In this document: positions 51,070 to 59,957 of the stretch, one piece after another | How the letters are laid out: each line of letters opens with the position of its first letter | Position numbering within the stretch: the stretch's first letter is position 1 | Assembly: GCA_017455975.1 (NCBI GenBank) | Contig: JAFTLK010000039.1 | Coordinates: 6,379 to 70,378, forward strand | Direction of reading: 5' to 3' | Source of the DNA: Clostridia bacterium | Lineage (GTDB): Bacteria; Bacillota; Clostridia; Oscillospirales; CAG-272 | DNA length: 64,000 nt | The notes under the pieces: model-generated | Told to the model about the DNA's origin: nothing | Seen by the model: the letters and a program-made list of their open reading frames with translations, nothing else | Database searches by the model: none | Made by a program: the position numbers and the translations under genes

Positions 51070-52236
51070 CTAATCTGTTTCACGTGAAACAATTGCCGTC
51101 GATTCTGATGGGTATGTCGAAGGCGGTCGGCGCAGGGTAACGGTCAGAATAACGCCGTCGTCGGTTTCCGTGCGCGTGCTTTCCGTTTCATAACCAGCTT
51201 CCCGTACAACGGCAGCGGCTCGTTCTACGGTGTTGAAGAAAAGACGCAGATCACGCAGGACACAGCGGCGGTTCTGTCGGTGTGTGTCTGCTGTATCGGA
51301 AGATGAAGGATTGGGCGAAGGTGTTTCCCGATCGGCCGGCAGGGACGGCATGGGGACGGACAGCAGTGCATCGATGTACTGCTCGGTCTGTGCGACATTC
51401 AACCCGCGCTCGGCGATTGAACGAACGGCTGCACGGCGTTTGGCAAGATCGTGAATGCGCAGTACCGCGCGGGCGTGGCGTTCTGTCAGATGGGCGGAGA
51501 GAATGATCTCGCGCTCCTCGCCCGTCAGACGCAGAATGCGCAGCTTGTTTGCAATGCAGGACTGCGAGACGGACAGGCTGCGTGCAATCTCCTCCTGTGT
51601 CATCGCATGCATGTCGATCAGTGCGGCGATCGCTCCTGCCTGCTCAAACGGGTTCAGATTTTCCCGCTGCAGGTTTTCAATCAGCGCAAGCTCCGCCGCG
51701 CGTCGGTTGTCGGCATCAAGAATGATACACGGGACATGTGTCATGCCGATCATCACGGCGGCACGCAGACGGCGTTCTCCTGCAATCAGCTGAAAGGGCG
51801 GTGCAAACGTGCTTTCCTGTACTTCGGAATGTGTGCCGGATGACGGCATGCGCCGGACGGTGAGCGGCTGCAGGATGCCGTGTTCGCGTATGCTGTTTGC
51901 CAGGGAAAACAAAGACAGATCCTCAAATTCACGGCGCGGCTGAGATGGATTCGGAGCGATATCGGACGGGGACAGCTCGTGAATGCGTCCGGCATCCCAA
52001 CGCTCGGACAGGGATTCTTCTTTGCGCTGCAGCTCGGCGGAACGGGCGGCGAGGGCGGCGCTTTCTCGGTTGAGCGCTTCTTCTTTTTCGTTGAGTGAAA
52101 GCGTTCTGTGCAGACGCGCGCGGCGGGCGGTCTGTGACGGTTTGGGTGTGTCATCGTCGCCCCGGAGGGCGGGCATGCGGATGCTGTCGATGACATGCTT
52201 TATGGCGGCGGGGACGGCGGCGGTGTGCTGATCCAT
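51070..52236 (-). CDS. ParB/Spo0J-family paralog (Noc-like position) with an N-terminal coiled-coil extension
   Basis: ParB boxes IAPNPSQPRREFEDLSLFSLANSIREHGILQPLTV and GERRLRAAVMIGM, then an HTH. About 110 extra N-terminal residues. ATG at 52236 with a GGAGAAA RBS. Confidence 0.8.
   Translation of the reverse strand: MDQHTAAVPAAIKHVIDSIRMPALRGDDDTPKPSQTARRARLHRTLSLNEKEEALNRESAALAARSAELQRKEESLSERWDAGRIHELSPSDIAPNPSQPRREFEDLSLFSLANSIREHGILQPLTVRRMPSSGTHSEVQESTFAPPFQLIAGERRLRAAVMIGMTHVPCIILDADNRRAAELALIENLQRENLNPFEQAGAIAALIDMHAMTQEEIARSLSVSQSCIANKLRILRLTGEEREIILSAHLTERHARAVLRIHDLAKRRAAVRSIAERGLNVAQTEQYIDALLSVPMPSLPADRETPSPNPSSSDTADTHRQNRRCVLRDLRLFFNTVERAAAVVREAGYETESTRTETDDGVILTVTLRRPPSTYPSESTAIVSRETD
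51076..51091. promoter_or_regulatory. parS centromere site (perfect)
   Basis: TGTTTCACGTGAAACA is an exact match to the Firmicutes parS palindrome. It lies in the last codons (VSRETD) of the ParB paralog gene. Confidence 0.9.
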
Positions 52237-52263
52237 ATTCTGTTTCTCCGATTCTGTTGAATT

Positions 52264-52279
52264 TGTTTGACGTGAAACC
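52264..52279. promoter_or_regulatory. degenerate parS-like site
   Basis: TGTTTGACGTGAAACC has 2 mismatches to parS. It lies 28 nt upstream of the ParB-paralog start codon. Confidence 0.35.
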
Positions 52280-52409
52280 GCGGAAATGGCGGGAAACGTC
52301 GTACAGTAGGTATGATACCACAGATACGGCGAAAAGCATGACGGATTCAGACATCGAAAAATGAAAAGAAGATGGTAGGATCCCCGCTGTTTTGCGGTCA
52401 GCATCCGTC

Positions 52410-52456
52410 AAAATACAAAACTCCCGTCCGATGCTGCTTGTGGCAATCGGACGGGA
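52410..52456 (-). terminator. intrinsic terminator of rsmG
   Basis: 11-bp stem: TCCCGTCCGAT (52422-32) pairs with ATCGGACGGGA (52446-56). On the minus strand it is followed by GTTTTGTATTTT. Confidence 0.75.
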
Positions 52457-52465
52457 AAACGTGGA

Positions 52466-53251
52466 TTATAACGGTTTCTTTGCGATTTGCGCATTTGCGC
52501 GCGGATACTGCTTTGGCGTAAACTGCCGTTTTTTCACGGACAGGAGCACACGGGACATGGCGTCGCCGTCGTTTTCTGCCGCAGGAGATGACGGATCCCG
52601 CAGGATATACGGTGTCGTAAGCACAGCAATGCCGCCGAGTGTGTCGATGGCATTTTTGGCTTCCTCGTATTCGTTCATGCCGTCGCGTCCCTTCATAGCA
52701 AGGAACAGACCGTTCTTTCTGACGAGCGGCAGACACCATTCGCACAGGACATTCATACGCGCGACGGCGCGTGCTGTAACGATATCAAAAGCTTCGCGGA
52801 AGTCGGGGCTGCGTCCGAGTTCTTCTGCGCGTGCGGCGCGGACCGACAAATTGTCAAGACCGAGCAGACGCGCCGCAGATGCGACATAATCGAGCTTTTT
52901 CTGCGTCGAATCGACAGCGGTAATACGGACATCCGGGCGCAGAATGGCAATAGGCAGGGAAGGAAAGCCGCCGCCGGTACCGACATCGCACATGGATGCA
53001 TTCTGCGGGATGTACGGTGCGATCAGTGCACAATCGGCATAATGCTTGACGATGATCTCGTCCGGATCGGTGATCGCGGTCAGATTCATATAGGCATTGA
53101 CGCGCAGCATCTCATCTGTCAGCGCATAGAAGGTGTCGGCGATCTTCTCTGTCATGTACGGCTGCAGAGCATCCGGCACACCGAGCGTATCACAGTTGAC
53201 GGCAAGCGCACGGAGAAACCGTTCTCTGAATTGTTCTTTTGAAATGGTCAT
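52466..53251 (-). CDS. rsmG: 16S rRNA (guanine527-N7)-methyltransferase RsmG (GidB)
   Basis: 261 aa. NLTAITDPDEIIVKHYADC, DVGTGGGFPSLPIAI and the conserved C-terminal region. Confidence 0.93.
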   Translation of the reverse strand: MTISKEQFRERFLRALAVNCDTLGVPDALQPYMTEKIADTFYALTDEMLRVNAYMNLTAITDPDEIIVKHYADCALIAPYIPQNASMCDVGTGGGFPSLPIAILRPDVRITAVDSTQKKLDYVASAARLLGLDNLSVRAARAEELGRSPDFREAFDIVTARAVARMNVLCEWCLPLVRKNGLFLAMKGRDGMNEYEEAKNAIDTLGGIAVLTTPYILRDPSSPAAENDGDAMSRVLLSVKKRQFTPKQYPRANAQIAKKPL

Positions 53252-53276
53252 ATCAGCATTCGCTTTCTTTGAATTG

Positions 53277-53729
53277 TTACGTTGTACCTGCGGTGAGCAC
53301 GGGCAGGAAAAACAGCATCACCATATCGCAGAGCACCAGCAAGAGTACCGGGGTCATGATGACCATGATCTTGCGACCGAGTGCCTTACGGCGCACATCC
53401 TCCTCGATGAACGCGTCTTTTTTCTGCTCCGACCAGGTGTCGGGCAGAATTTCACGGGAAACAGGTTCTCTTGAAAATCCGCGGTTGACGAAGAAGAAGA
53501 CCAGAAACAGGGTCGCCGCAAGTGTATAAAGCACCGGCGTTGCCCAGAAAATATGCATGGAGAGCAGCAGGTAATAGAGCAGGGAGAGTACGGCGAAAAT
53601 GCCGAGCATGAGCAGTGCCAGCTTGCCGTTGAAGCGGGAGGCACGCTCACGCAGCCCCTGTTTTGCTGCAGCCAGCTCCTCGGGTGAGGCAATGCGCGAT
53701 TTTTTATTTTTCTTCTTTGTTTTTGACAT
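53277..53729 (-). CDS. small membrane protein, function unknown
   Basis: 150 aa. Basic N-terminus (KTKKKNKKSR) followed by three to four hydrophobic helices. Confidence 0.5.
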   Translation of the reverse strand: MSKTKKKNKKSRIASPEELAAAKQGLRERASRFNGKLALLMLGIFAVLSLLYYLLLSMHIFWATPVLYTLAATLFLVFFFVNRGFSREPVSREILPDTWSEQKKDAFIEEDVRRKALGRKIMVIMTPVLLLVLCDMVMLFFLPVLTAGTT

Positions 53730-53761
53730 GATATTGGGTGCGGCGGGAACCGACCGACGGA

Positions 53762-55408
53762 TCAGCTGGTTTTGCCGCTCTTTTCATATTTGGTTTCAAA
53801 CGGAATGATGTTGGATAAGATCTGGTTGGAGACGAACATGCCCTGCGGGGTGAATGCGTAATGGCCGTTTTCGTGCGTCATCAGACCGTGCTTGATGTAA
53901 ACGGCAAGCTTGCGGCCGAAGATCTCGTCGAAATCCGCGCCGAAGCGGGCACGGAAGTCCTCTGTGTCGATGCCGGAGCAAAGACGCAGGCGGAGCATCA
54001 GATATTCGGCAACCTCCTCACGGCGGTCGATGACATACGATTCGTCGAGCAGGGATGAGGGCAGGGAAGTCCCCTTGGTTTCCAGCAGCTTGCAGTACTG
54101 CGCAAGAGAGCGGCGCAGGGAGAAGCGTCGTCCGCCGAAATAGCTGTGTGCGGCAGGACCGCAGCCGATGTATTCCTCACCGAGCCAATAGCGCATGTTG
54201 TGGCGGCATTCGTAGCCGTCGCGCGCAAAGTTGGAGATCTCATACTGATGATAGCCCTGTGATGCGAGGTAAGCGATGCCGTCGAAGTACATGGCACATT
54301 CGGTGTCCTCATCGGGCAGAGGAAGCATGTGCTTCTTTTCGCCGAACGGCGTGCCGTCCTCGATACGGAGATTGTACATCGAAATATGTTCGGGCTTCAT
54401 CGACACAACAAATTCAAGTGTTTCCATAAAGGTCTGCTTGGTTTGTTCGGGAATGCCGAACATGACATCGATGTTGATGTTGTCAAAGCCGGCTTCTCTT
54501 GCCATCTGGAAGCATTCCGTGAAGTCTCCCGTCGTGTGGATACGGGACAGCGCGGCAAGCTCGTGGTTGTGCGCCGACTGCAGTCCGATGGACAGGCGGT
54601 TGACACCGGCGCGGCGCAGCTTTTTGAGCAGACGTGCATCGGCTGTTGCCGGGTTCATTTCAACGGTGAATTCACAGTCATCGTCAAGATAGAAGTCGTT
54701 TTCCACTTCTTTTACGATGTCCAGCAGCAGCTTCGGCGGCAGGGCGGTCGGTGTACCGCCGCCGATGAAGACCGTGTCGACGTTGTACTGTGTCGTGCGC
54801 TCGGAGATGATGCGCATGTTGTTCTTCAGCGCAGTGCAGTAGAGCTTCATTTCCTCCGGGATCTTTCTGCCGCTGCAGACGATCTTGTCCGAGGAATAGA
54901 AGTCACAGTACGCGCATTTGCTTTTGCAGAACGGAATGTGCAGATACAGACCGAGCTTTTTGTACTCCGCGCCGTCGGAGAGAGATGCTTCCGGAGAGGA
55001 AGATACGCTGTTGTCCTCCGGCAGCTCCTCATCGGGTGCGGGCTCTGTCGGCTGCAGTTCATCGTCGTCCTCACCGTCATCCGGCACGGTGGTGTCTTCT
55101 GCTGTGTTATCCACAGGCTGTGTATTTGCATCGGCATCAGGATCCGATGTCTGCGTCATCGGATCAACCGCCGCGGCTTCGTCCGCCGGCGCTGCCTGTT
55201 CAAATGCATCGGGGACATCGTCGATCCCGTCTTCGTCCGGTGCTTTGGGGGCTTCCGGTTCATCGGTCGGGGCGTTGTTGTCAAGAAGCAGCTCGATCTC
55301 TGCCGTGTCGTCGGAGGCGGCATCCATGATGGCTTCCATTTCCTGGGTGGTCTCGCCTTTTTCGGTGATCTCTGCGGGTGTACCGTTCTTTTTTCTGTTC
55401 TTTTTCAT
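53762..55408 (-). CDS. hemW: radical SAM heme chaperone HemW (HemN-like) with a ~150-aa acidic N-terminal extension
   Basis: LYLHIPFCKSKCAYCDFYS cluster, GGGTPT, and a HemN_C-like C-terminus. No in-frame ATG, GTG or TTG lies near the canonical start position. Confidence 0.85.
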   Translation of the reverse strand: MKKNRKKNGTPAEITEKGETTQEMEAIMDAASDDTAEIELLLDNNAPTDEPEAPKAPDEDGIDDVPDAFEQAAPADEAAAVDPMTQTSDPDADANTQPVDNTAEDTTVPDDGEDDDELQPTEPAPDEELPEDNSVSSSPEASLSDGAEYKKLGLYLHIPFCKSKCAYCDFYSSDKIVCSGRKIPEEMKLYCTALKNNMRIISERTTQYNVDTVFIGGGTPTALPPKLLLDIVKEVENDFYLDDDCEFTVEMNPATADARLLKKLRRAGVNRLSIGLQSAHNHELAALSRIHTTGDFTECFQMAREAGFDNINIDVMFGIPEQTKQTFMETLEFVVSMKPEHISMYNLRIEDGTPFGEKKHMLPLPDEDTECAMYFDGIAYLASQGYHQYEISNFARDGYECRHNMRYWLGEEYIGCGPAAHSYFGGRRFSLRRSLAQYCKLLETKGTSLPSSLLDESYVIDRREEVAEYLMLRLRLCSGIDTEDFRARFGADFDEIFGRKLAVYIKHGLMTHENGHYAFTPQGMFVSNQILSNIIPFETKYEKSGKTS

Positions 55409-55435
55409 TGGAAATACCTCCTGTCAGATGGAGAA

Positions 55436-55451
55436 TGTTTCACGTGAGACA
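55436..55451. promoter_or_regulatory. parS site (one mismatch)
   Basis: TGTTTCACGTGAGACA in the 60-nt lepA-hemW spacer. Confidence 0.7.
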
Positions 55452-55468
55452 ATGGGCTTGAATGGATG

Positions 55469-57280
55469 TCAATCCTCGTCATCGAGCTTGAGCACTGCCA
55501 TGAATGCTTCCGGCGGAACCTCGACGGAACCGAACTGGCGCATGCGCTTCTTACCCTCTTTCTGCTTTTCAAGCAGCTTCTTCTTACGGGTAATGTCACC
55601 GCCGTAGCACTTGGCAAGGACGTCCTTGCGCATCGCACGGACGGTTTCACGGGCAATGACCTTGCCGCCGATGGCAGCCTGAACCGGAATCTCAAACAGC
55701 TGGCGCGGGATGTTGTCGCGGAGCTTTTCGACGATCTTTCTGCCGCGGGAATAGGCGTTGTCCGCAAAGACGATGAACGACAGTGCGTCGACCATGTCGC
55801 CGTTGAGCAGGATGTCGAGCTTGACGAGCTTGGACGGTTCGTAGCCGAGCAACTCATAGTCAAGGGACGCATAACCTTTGGAGCGGCTCTTCAGCGCATC
55901 GAAGAAATCGTAGATGATTTCGGCAAGCGGCAGATGATAGTGCAGCTCGACACGGTCGTTTTCCATGTACTTCATGTCGATGAACGTACCGCGGCGATCC
56001 TGACACAGCTGCATGATCGAACCGACGTAATCGTTCGGCGTCAGAATGTTTGCCTTGACAATCGGTTCTTCGGAAACCTCAATTTCTTCGGGGACGGGGA
56101 AGTCCAGCGGATTGTCGATCATCATAACCTCGCCGGTCTTTTTGGTGATCTTGTAGATAACGCTGGGGACAGTCGTGATCAGATCAAGGTTGAATTCGCG
56201 CTCCAGACGCTCCTGGATGATCTCCATGTGGAGAAGACCGAGGAAGCCGCAGCGGAAGCCGAAGCCGAGAGCCGCCGAGGTTTCCGGCTCAAAGGTCAGT
56301 GCCGCGTCGTTGAGCTGCAATTTCTCCAGTGCTTCGCGCAGCTCGGGGTATTTTGCTGAGTCGGCTGCATAGATACCGGAGTAGACCATCGGCTGTGCCT
56401 TTTTGAAGCCGGGGAGCGGCTCGGGCGTGCCGTTTTCGACCGTCGTAACCGTGTCACCGACGCGCGTATCTGCGACATTCTTAATGGAAGCGGTGATGTA
56501 ACCGACATCACCTGCAGACAGCATGTCTTTTTTGGACAGACCGAATGCATCCATCGTACCGACTTCAATGACATCAAATTCAGCGCCGGTGTGCATCATG
56601 CGGATGCGCTGACCTGCGGACAGCGTGCCGTCGAAAATACGGATAAGAACGACAACGCCGAGATACGGGTCGTAGTAGGAGTCAAAGATCAGTGCTTTGA
56701 GCGCCGCATCGGGATCGCCTTCGGGCGCCGGGATATCGGTAACGATGCGCTCCAGTACATCGCCGACATTCAAGCCGGTTTTGGCGGAAATGGCAGGACA
56801 GCCCTCTGCCGGAATGCCGATGATATCCTCGACCTCTGCCTGTACACGTGCAACATCAGCCGACGGAAGGTCGATCTTGTTGACGACCGGAAGAATTTCA
56901 AGGTTGTTGTCAACGGCAAGAAAGGCATTGGCAAGGGTCTGGGCCTCAACGCCCTGTGTTGCGTCGACGATCAGAATGGCACCCTCGCATGCGTTGAGTG
57001 AGCGGGAGACCTCGTAGTTGAAGTCGACATGACCGGGGGTGTCGATCAGATTGAGCGTATATGTTTCGCCGTCGGATGCTTTGTAATTCAGATGAACGGC
57101 GCGCGCTTTGATGGTGATGCCGCGTTCGCGCTCGATGTCCATGTTGTCGAGCAGCTGCTCCTCCATGTCGCGCTGGGAGACGGTTTCTGTCTTTTCCAGC
57201 AAACGGTCGGCAAGGGTCGACTTGCCGTGGTCGATATGTGCAATGATACAAAAGTTTCTGATATGATCCTGATTTGTCAT
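55469..57280 (-). CDS. lepA: translation elongation factor 4 (LepA)
   Basis: 603 aa. [32 protein letters not shown] and the LepA-specific C-terminal domain. Confidence 0.98.
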   Translation of the reverse strand: MTNQDHIRNFCIIAHIDHGKSTLADRLLEKTETVSQRDMEEQLLDNMDIERERGITIKARAVHLNYKASDGETYTLNLIDTPGHVDFNYEVSRSLNACEGAILIVDATQGVEAQTLANAFLAVDNNLEILPVVNKIDLPSADVARVQAEVEDIIGIPAEGCPAISAKTGLNVGDVLERIVTDIPAPEGDPDAALKALIFDSYYDPYLGVVVLIRIFDGTLSAGQRIRMMHTGAEFDVIEVGTMDAFGLSKKDMLSAGDVGYITASIKNVADTRVGDTVTTVENGTPEPLPGFKKAQPMVYSGIYAADSAKYPELREALEKLQLNDAALTFEPETSAALGFGFRCGFLGLLHMEIIQERLEREFNLDLITTVPSVIYKITKKTGEVMMIDNPLDFPVPEEIEVSEEPIVKANILTPNDYVGSIMQLCQDRRGTFIDMKYMENDRVELHYHLPLAEIIYDFFDALKSRSKGYASLDYELLGYEPSKLVKLDILLNGDMVDALSFIVFADNAYSRGRKIVEKLRDNIPRQLFEIPVQAAIGGKVIARETVRAMRKDVLAKCYGGDITRKKKLLEKQKEGKKRMRQFGSVEVPPEAFMAVLKLDDED

Positions 57281-57402
57281 TGTATGGTTTGATTCCTTCT
57301 GATTTAATTTGCGCCGATATGCAGATAGTTTTGGCGCAGACTTTTCCGTATATTATTATATAGCAAATCCGTGCATAATACAAGGTTTGTCTATGAAATT
57401 TT

Positions 57403-57458
57403 ACAAAAAAGTTGAATTTGGAGGGGAATCACGCTTTGAGAAAGCGTGATTCCTCCCC
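57403..57458 (-). terminator. probable terminator hairpin downstream of the uracil permease gene
   Basis: Long near-perfect palindrome GGAGGGGAATCACGCTTT-GAG-AAAGCGTGATTCCTCCCC (57420-57458). On the minus strand the T6 run begins about 10 nt after the stem. Confidence 0.6.
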
Positions 57459-57475
57459 AACGCGTGATCCCCTCC

Positions 57476-57491
57476 TGTTTCACGTGAAACA
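57476..57491. promoter_or_regulatory. parS centromere site (perfect)
   Basis: TGTTTCACGTGAAACA, intergenic, between the lepA start and the permease stop. Confidence 0.9.
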
Positions 57492-57534
57492 AAAATCCCC
57501 CACGCCGCGTGGACGTGAGGGATGAAGCTGCAAA

Positions 57535-58887
57535 TTATTCGTTTTCGCCTGCTTCTGCGTTCTTCTTTTCGCCGATGGAGAGAATTGCATTGACGATAAT
57601 ACCGATGATAAGAGCAGTTGCGGTGCTGGTCAGCGTGATCGGACCGAAGTTCAGAGTCAGACCGCCGATACCGGGAACGAGAATGGAAGCAACAACGAGC
57701 AGGTTTCTGTTGGTGCCCAGGTCCACCTTCTGAATCATCTTCAGACCGGAAACTGCGATGAAGCCGTACAGCGCGATGCAGATACCGCCGATGACGCAGA
57801 CCGGAATCGTGTTGACAAACTGAACGAAGGGATTGAAGAAGGAGAGGAGGATCGAGAGGATTGCGGTTGTGCAGATGGTGTAGATGGAAGCGTTGCCGGT
57901 GATTGCAACACAGCCGACACATTCGCCGTAGGTCGTGTTCGGGCAGCCGCCGACAGCAGCACCGACGATGGAACCGACACCGTCACCCATGATGGTCTTG
58001 TCCAGACCCGGATCTGTGATCAGATCGCGGTCGATGATGGAGGATAGGTTCTTGTGGTCGCCGATGTGTTCTGCCAGAACGACGAACGCAACCGGTGCGA
58101 ACAGGCCGAGGAGTGCGACGAAGGAAGTACCGTTGATTCCGGAGAAGCCTTCCTTGATGGCTTCAACAATGGTGAACTGCGGAATATGGATGATGCTGTC
58201 CATTGTGGTCAGCGCGGTGTAGTTGACCAGCTGCATGGAGGGAACATTTGCAAGCGTGCCGATCAGGGTCAGAATGGAAGCGAAAACATAGCCGCTGCCG
58301 ATACCGATGATGAACGGGATGAGCTTCATCATCTTGGAGCCCTTGACAGATGCAAGCGTCGTGACGATGAAGGTAACCAGTGCGGTCAGAATGAACCAGA
58401 GGTTGTAGCCGTCAGGACCTGCGTTGGTGTTCTGCATGTTATTGACTGCAGAGCCGCAGAGGGACAGACCGATGAGCGCGACGGTCGGACCGATGATGAC
58501 GGGCGGCAGGAGCTTGTTGACCCATGCGGTGCCGACGAGCTTCATAACCACGGAAATGATGACATAAACAAGACCTGCAATCAGGGAACCGATGATGATA
58601 CCGCCGTAGCCGTAAGCACATGCGCCTGCGAGCGGCATGATGAATGCGAAGGACGAGCCGAGGAAGACAGGGGACTTAAAGCGGGTAATGAGAATGTAGC
58701 AGATGGTACCGACACCGGCGCCGAAGAGCGCTGCGGGCGGGTCCATGGTCAGCACGCCGCCGTTGAGGCCGTTGACCAGTGTGGGGACGAGCAGCGTGGC
58801 AGCGATGATCGCGAGCAGCTGCTGGATCGCAAAAACAAGGTTTTTGCCGAAGGTTGGTTTTTCGTGGATGTCGTACGTCAGTTTCAT
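57535..58887 (-). CDS. pyrP: uracil/xanthine permease (NCS2 family)
   Basis: 450 aa and about 12-14 TM helices. N-terminal KNLVFAIQQLLAIIAATLLVP. Directly downstream of pyrR as in pyr operons. Confidence 0.85.
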   Translation of the reverse strand: MKLTYDIHEKPTFGKNLVFAIQQLLAIIAATLLVPTLVNGLNGGVLTMDPPAALFGAGVGTICYILITRFKSPVFLGSSFAFIMPLAGACAYGYGGIIIGSLIAGLVYVIISVVMKLVGTAWVNKLLPPVIIGPTVALIGLSLCGSAVNNMQNTNAGPDGYNLWFILTALVTFIVTTLASVKGSKMMKLIPFIIGIGSGYVFASILTLIGTLANVPSMQLVNYTALTTMDSIIHIPQFTIVEAIKEGFSGINGTSFVALLGLFAPVAFVVLAEHIGDHKNLSSIIDRDLITDPGLDKTIMGDGVGSIVGAAVGGCPNTTYGECVGCVAITGNASIYTICTTAILSILLSFFNPFVQFVNTIPVCVIGGICIALYGFIAVSGLKMIQKVDLGTNRNLLVVASILVPGIGGLTLNFGPITLTSTATALIIGIIVNAILSIGEKKNAEAGENE

Positions 58888-58987
58888 GAAAATGCCTCCA
58901 AAGTAATTTTTTCTCTAAATTGAATCCGCTGACGCGCCGTTATCGGTTCGTTGCGGATTGAATTTCGTTTGTTGGGGATGCGGGGCT

Positions 58988-59545
58988 TCACTTGATGAGA
59001 TAGACGCCGGTGTCGCCGTCGATGTCTGTCATGTGGACATCGATGATCTCCTCATGCGAGGTCGGGACGTTTTTGCCGACATAGTCGGGGCGGATCGGCA
59101 GCTCTCTGTGTCCGCGGTCGACCAGCACTGCCAGCTGGACCGATGCCGGTCTTCCCTGACGGAACAACGCCTCGATCGCCGCACGGATGGTGCGTCCGGT
59201 GTAGATGACATCGTCGACCAGAACGACGGTCTTGCCATGGATGTCAATGGAAAGCGGTGTGTCGGAGACGACCGGCGTATGTGCATCGGGAAGATCGGGA
59301 CGCTCGGAGAGATCGTCGCGGTACATCGTGATGTCCAGGGCATCGGTCGGAACGTCGGTACCGTCCACGGCAAACAAATTCTCGTGCAGGCGTTTTGCGA
59401 TCGGTACGCCGCGGCGGCGAATGCCGACCAGACAGATGTCCGCACAGCCTTTATTCTTCTCCACAATTTCATGTGTGATACGGAGCAGTGCGCGGTTGAC
59501 GGCGGATTCATCCATCAGCGCGGTGATGTTCTTGTTTTCGTTCAC
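58988..59545 (-). CDS. pyrR: bifunctional pyr mRNA-binding attenuation protein / uracil phosphoribosyltransferase PyrR
   Basis: [32 protein letters not shown] and [21 protein letters not shown] motifs. The GTG at 59545 follows AGGAAAGGAAG and gives the canonical ~185 aa. The longer ORF from 59704 runs through the leader. Confidence 0.9.
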   Translation of the reverse strand: MNENKNITALMDESAVNRALLRITHEIVEKNKGCADICLVGIRRRGVPIAKRLHENLFAVDGTDVPTDALDITMYRDDLSERPDLPDAHTPVVSDTPLSIDIHGKTVVLVDDVIYTGRTIRAAIEALFRQGRPASVQLAVLVDRGHRELPIRPDYVGKNVPTSHEEIIDVHMTDIDGDTGVYLIK

Positions 59546-59575
59546 GGACACACTTCCTTTCCTATTTTTTGCATC

Positions 59576-59800
59576 AAAAAAGACCTTACCGAAAACCCGG
59601 GAATCATCTGGATTCGCAGGATACACGGCAAGATCGCTGTACACTGATTTCCGAGAGCAGAAGTTCACGATTGTTCCGTTATCTATCTGACGTTTTTCTA
59701 TCAACTCAAACGCAGCCGCGCGTCCGCGGAATCGGATCTGCCGTTACTGTTCAGGCTCGGATGTTTTATATGAAAAAAACTTGCCGGTCTCTCTGTACCG
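59576..59800 (-). promoter_or_regulatory. pyr leader with PyrR-binding-loop-like hairpins and a terminator (transcription attenuator)
   Basis: The minus-strand RNA contains GGUACAGAGAGACC (59786-99) and GAAUCCAGAUGAUUC (59601-15), both resembling the UCCAGAGAGG PyrR loop. The terminator is GAUCUUGCCG...CGGUAAGGUC (59582-59635) plus U6. Confidence 0.6.
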
Positions 59801-59825
59801 AATTAAAGCTTCTGTTTCGTGTAAT

Positions 59826-59854
59826 ATTATACCACGGAATGTCGATTTTGTAAA
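59826..59854 (-). promoter_or_regulatory. candidate sigma-A promoter of the pyrR operon (extended -10)
   Basis: On the minus strand: TTTACA (59849-54), a 17-nt spacer ending in TGG, then TATAAT (59826-31). Confidence 0.55.
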
Positions 59855-59905
59855 GACCTAAAATTCGGCAAGTTACACAAATAAACTGGTTTGATTTTGT
59901 GCAAA

Positions 59906-59950
59906 ACGACGAAAAACCGATGTTTTCCGACAGGCTGTGGAAAACATCGG
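59906..59950 (-). terminator. intrinsic terminator of murC
   Basis: 12-bp stem: CCGATGTTTTCC (59917-28) pairs with GGAAAACATCGG (59939-50). On the minus strand it is followed by TTTTTCGTCGTTTT. Confidence 0.75.
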
Positions 59951-59957
59951 CAGCAAT

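Noticed and set aside
59917-59950. DnaA-box-like 9-mers outside oriC: TGTGGAAAA at 59936-44 and 45975-83, TTATCCACT at 24807-15, and TTATCGACA at 61446-54.
   Set aside because: They are isolated. The first two are simply the arms of hairpins: the murC terminator, and a 7-bp inverted repeat at 45962-83. There is no clustering comparable to the dnaA-dnaN spacer, so I do not call a second origin or DnaA-regulated promoter.
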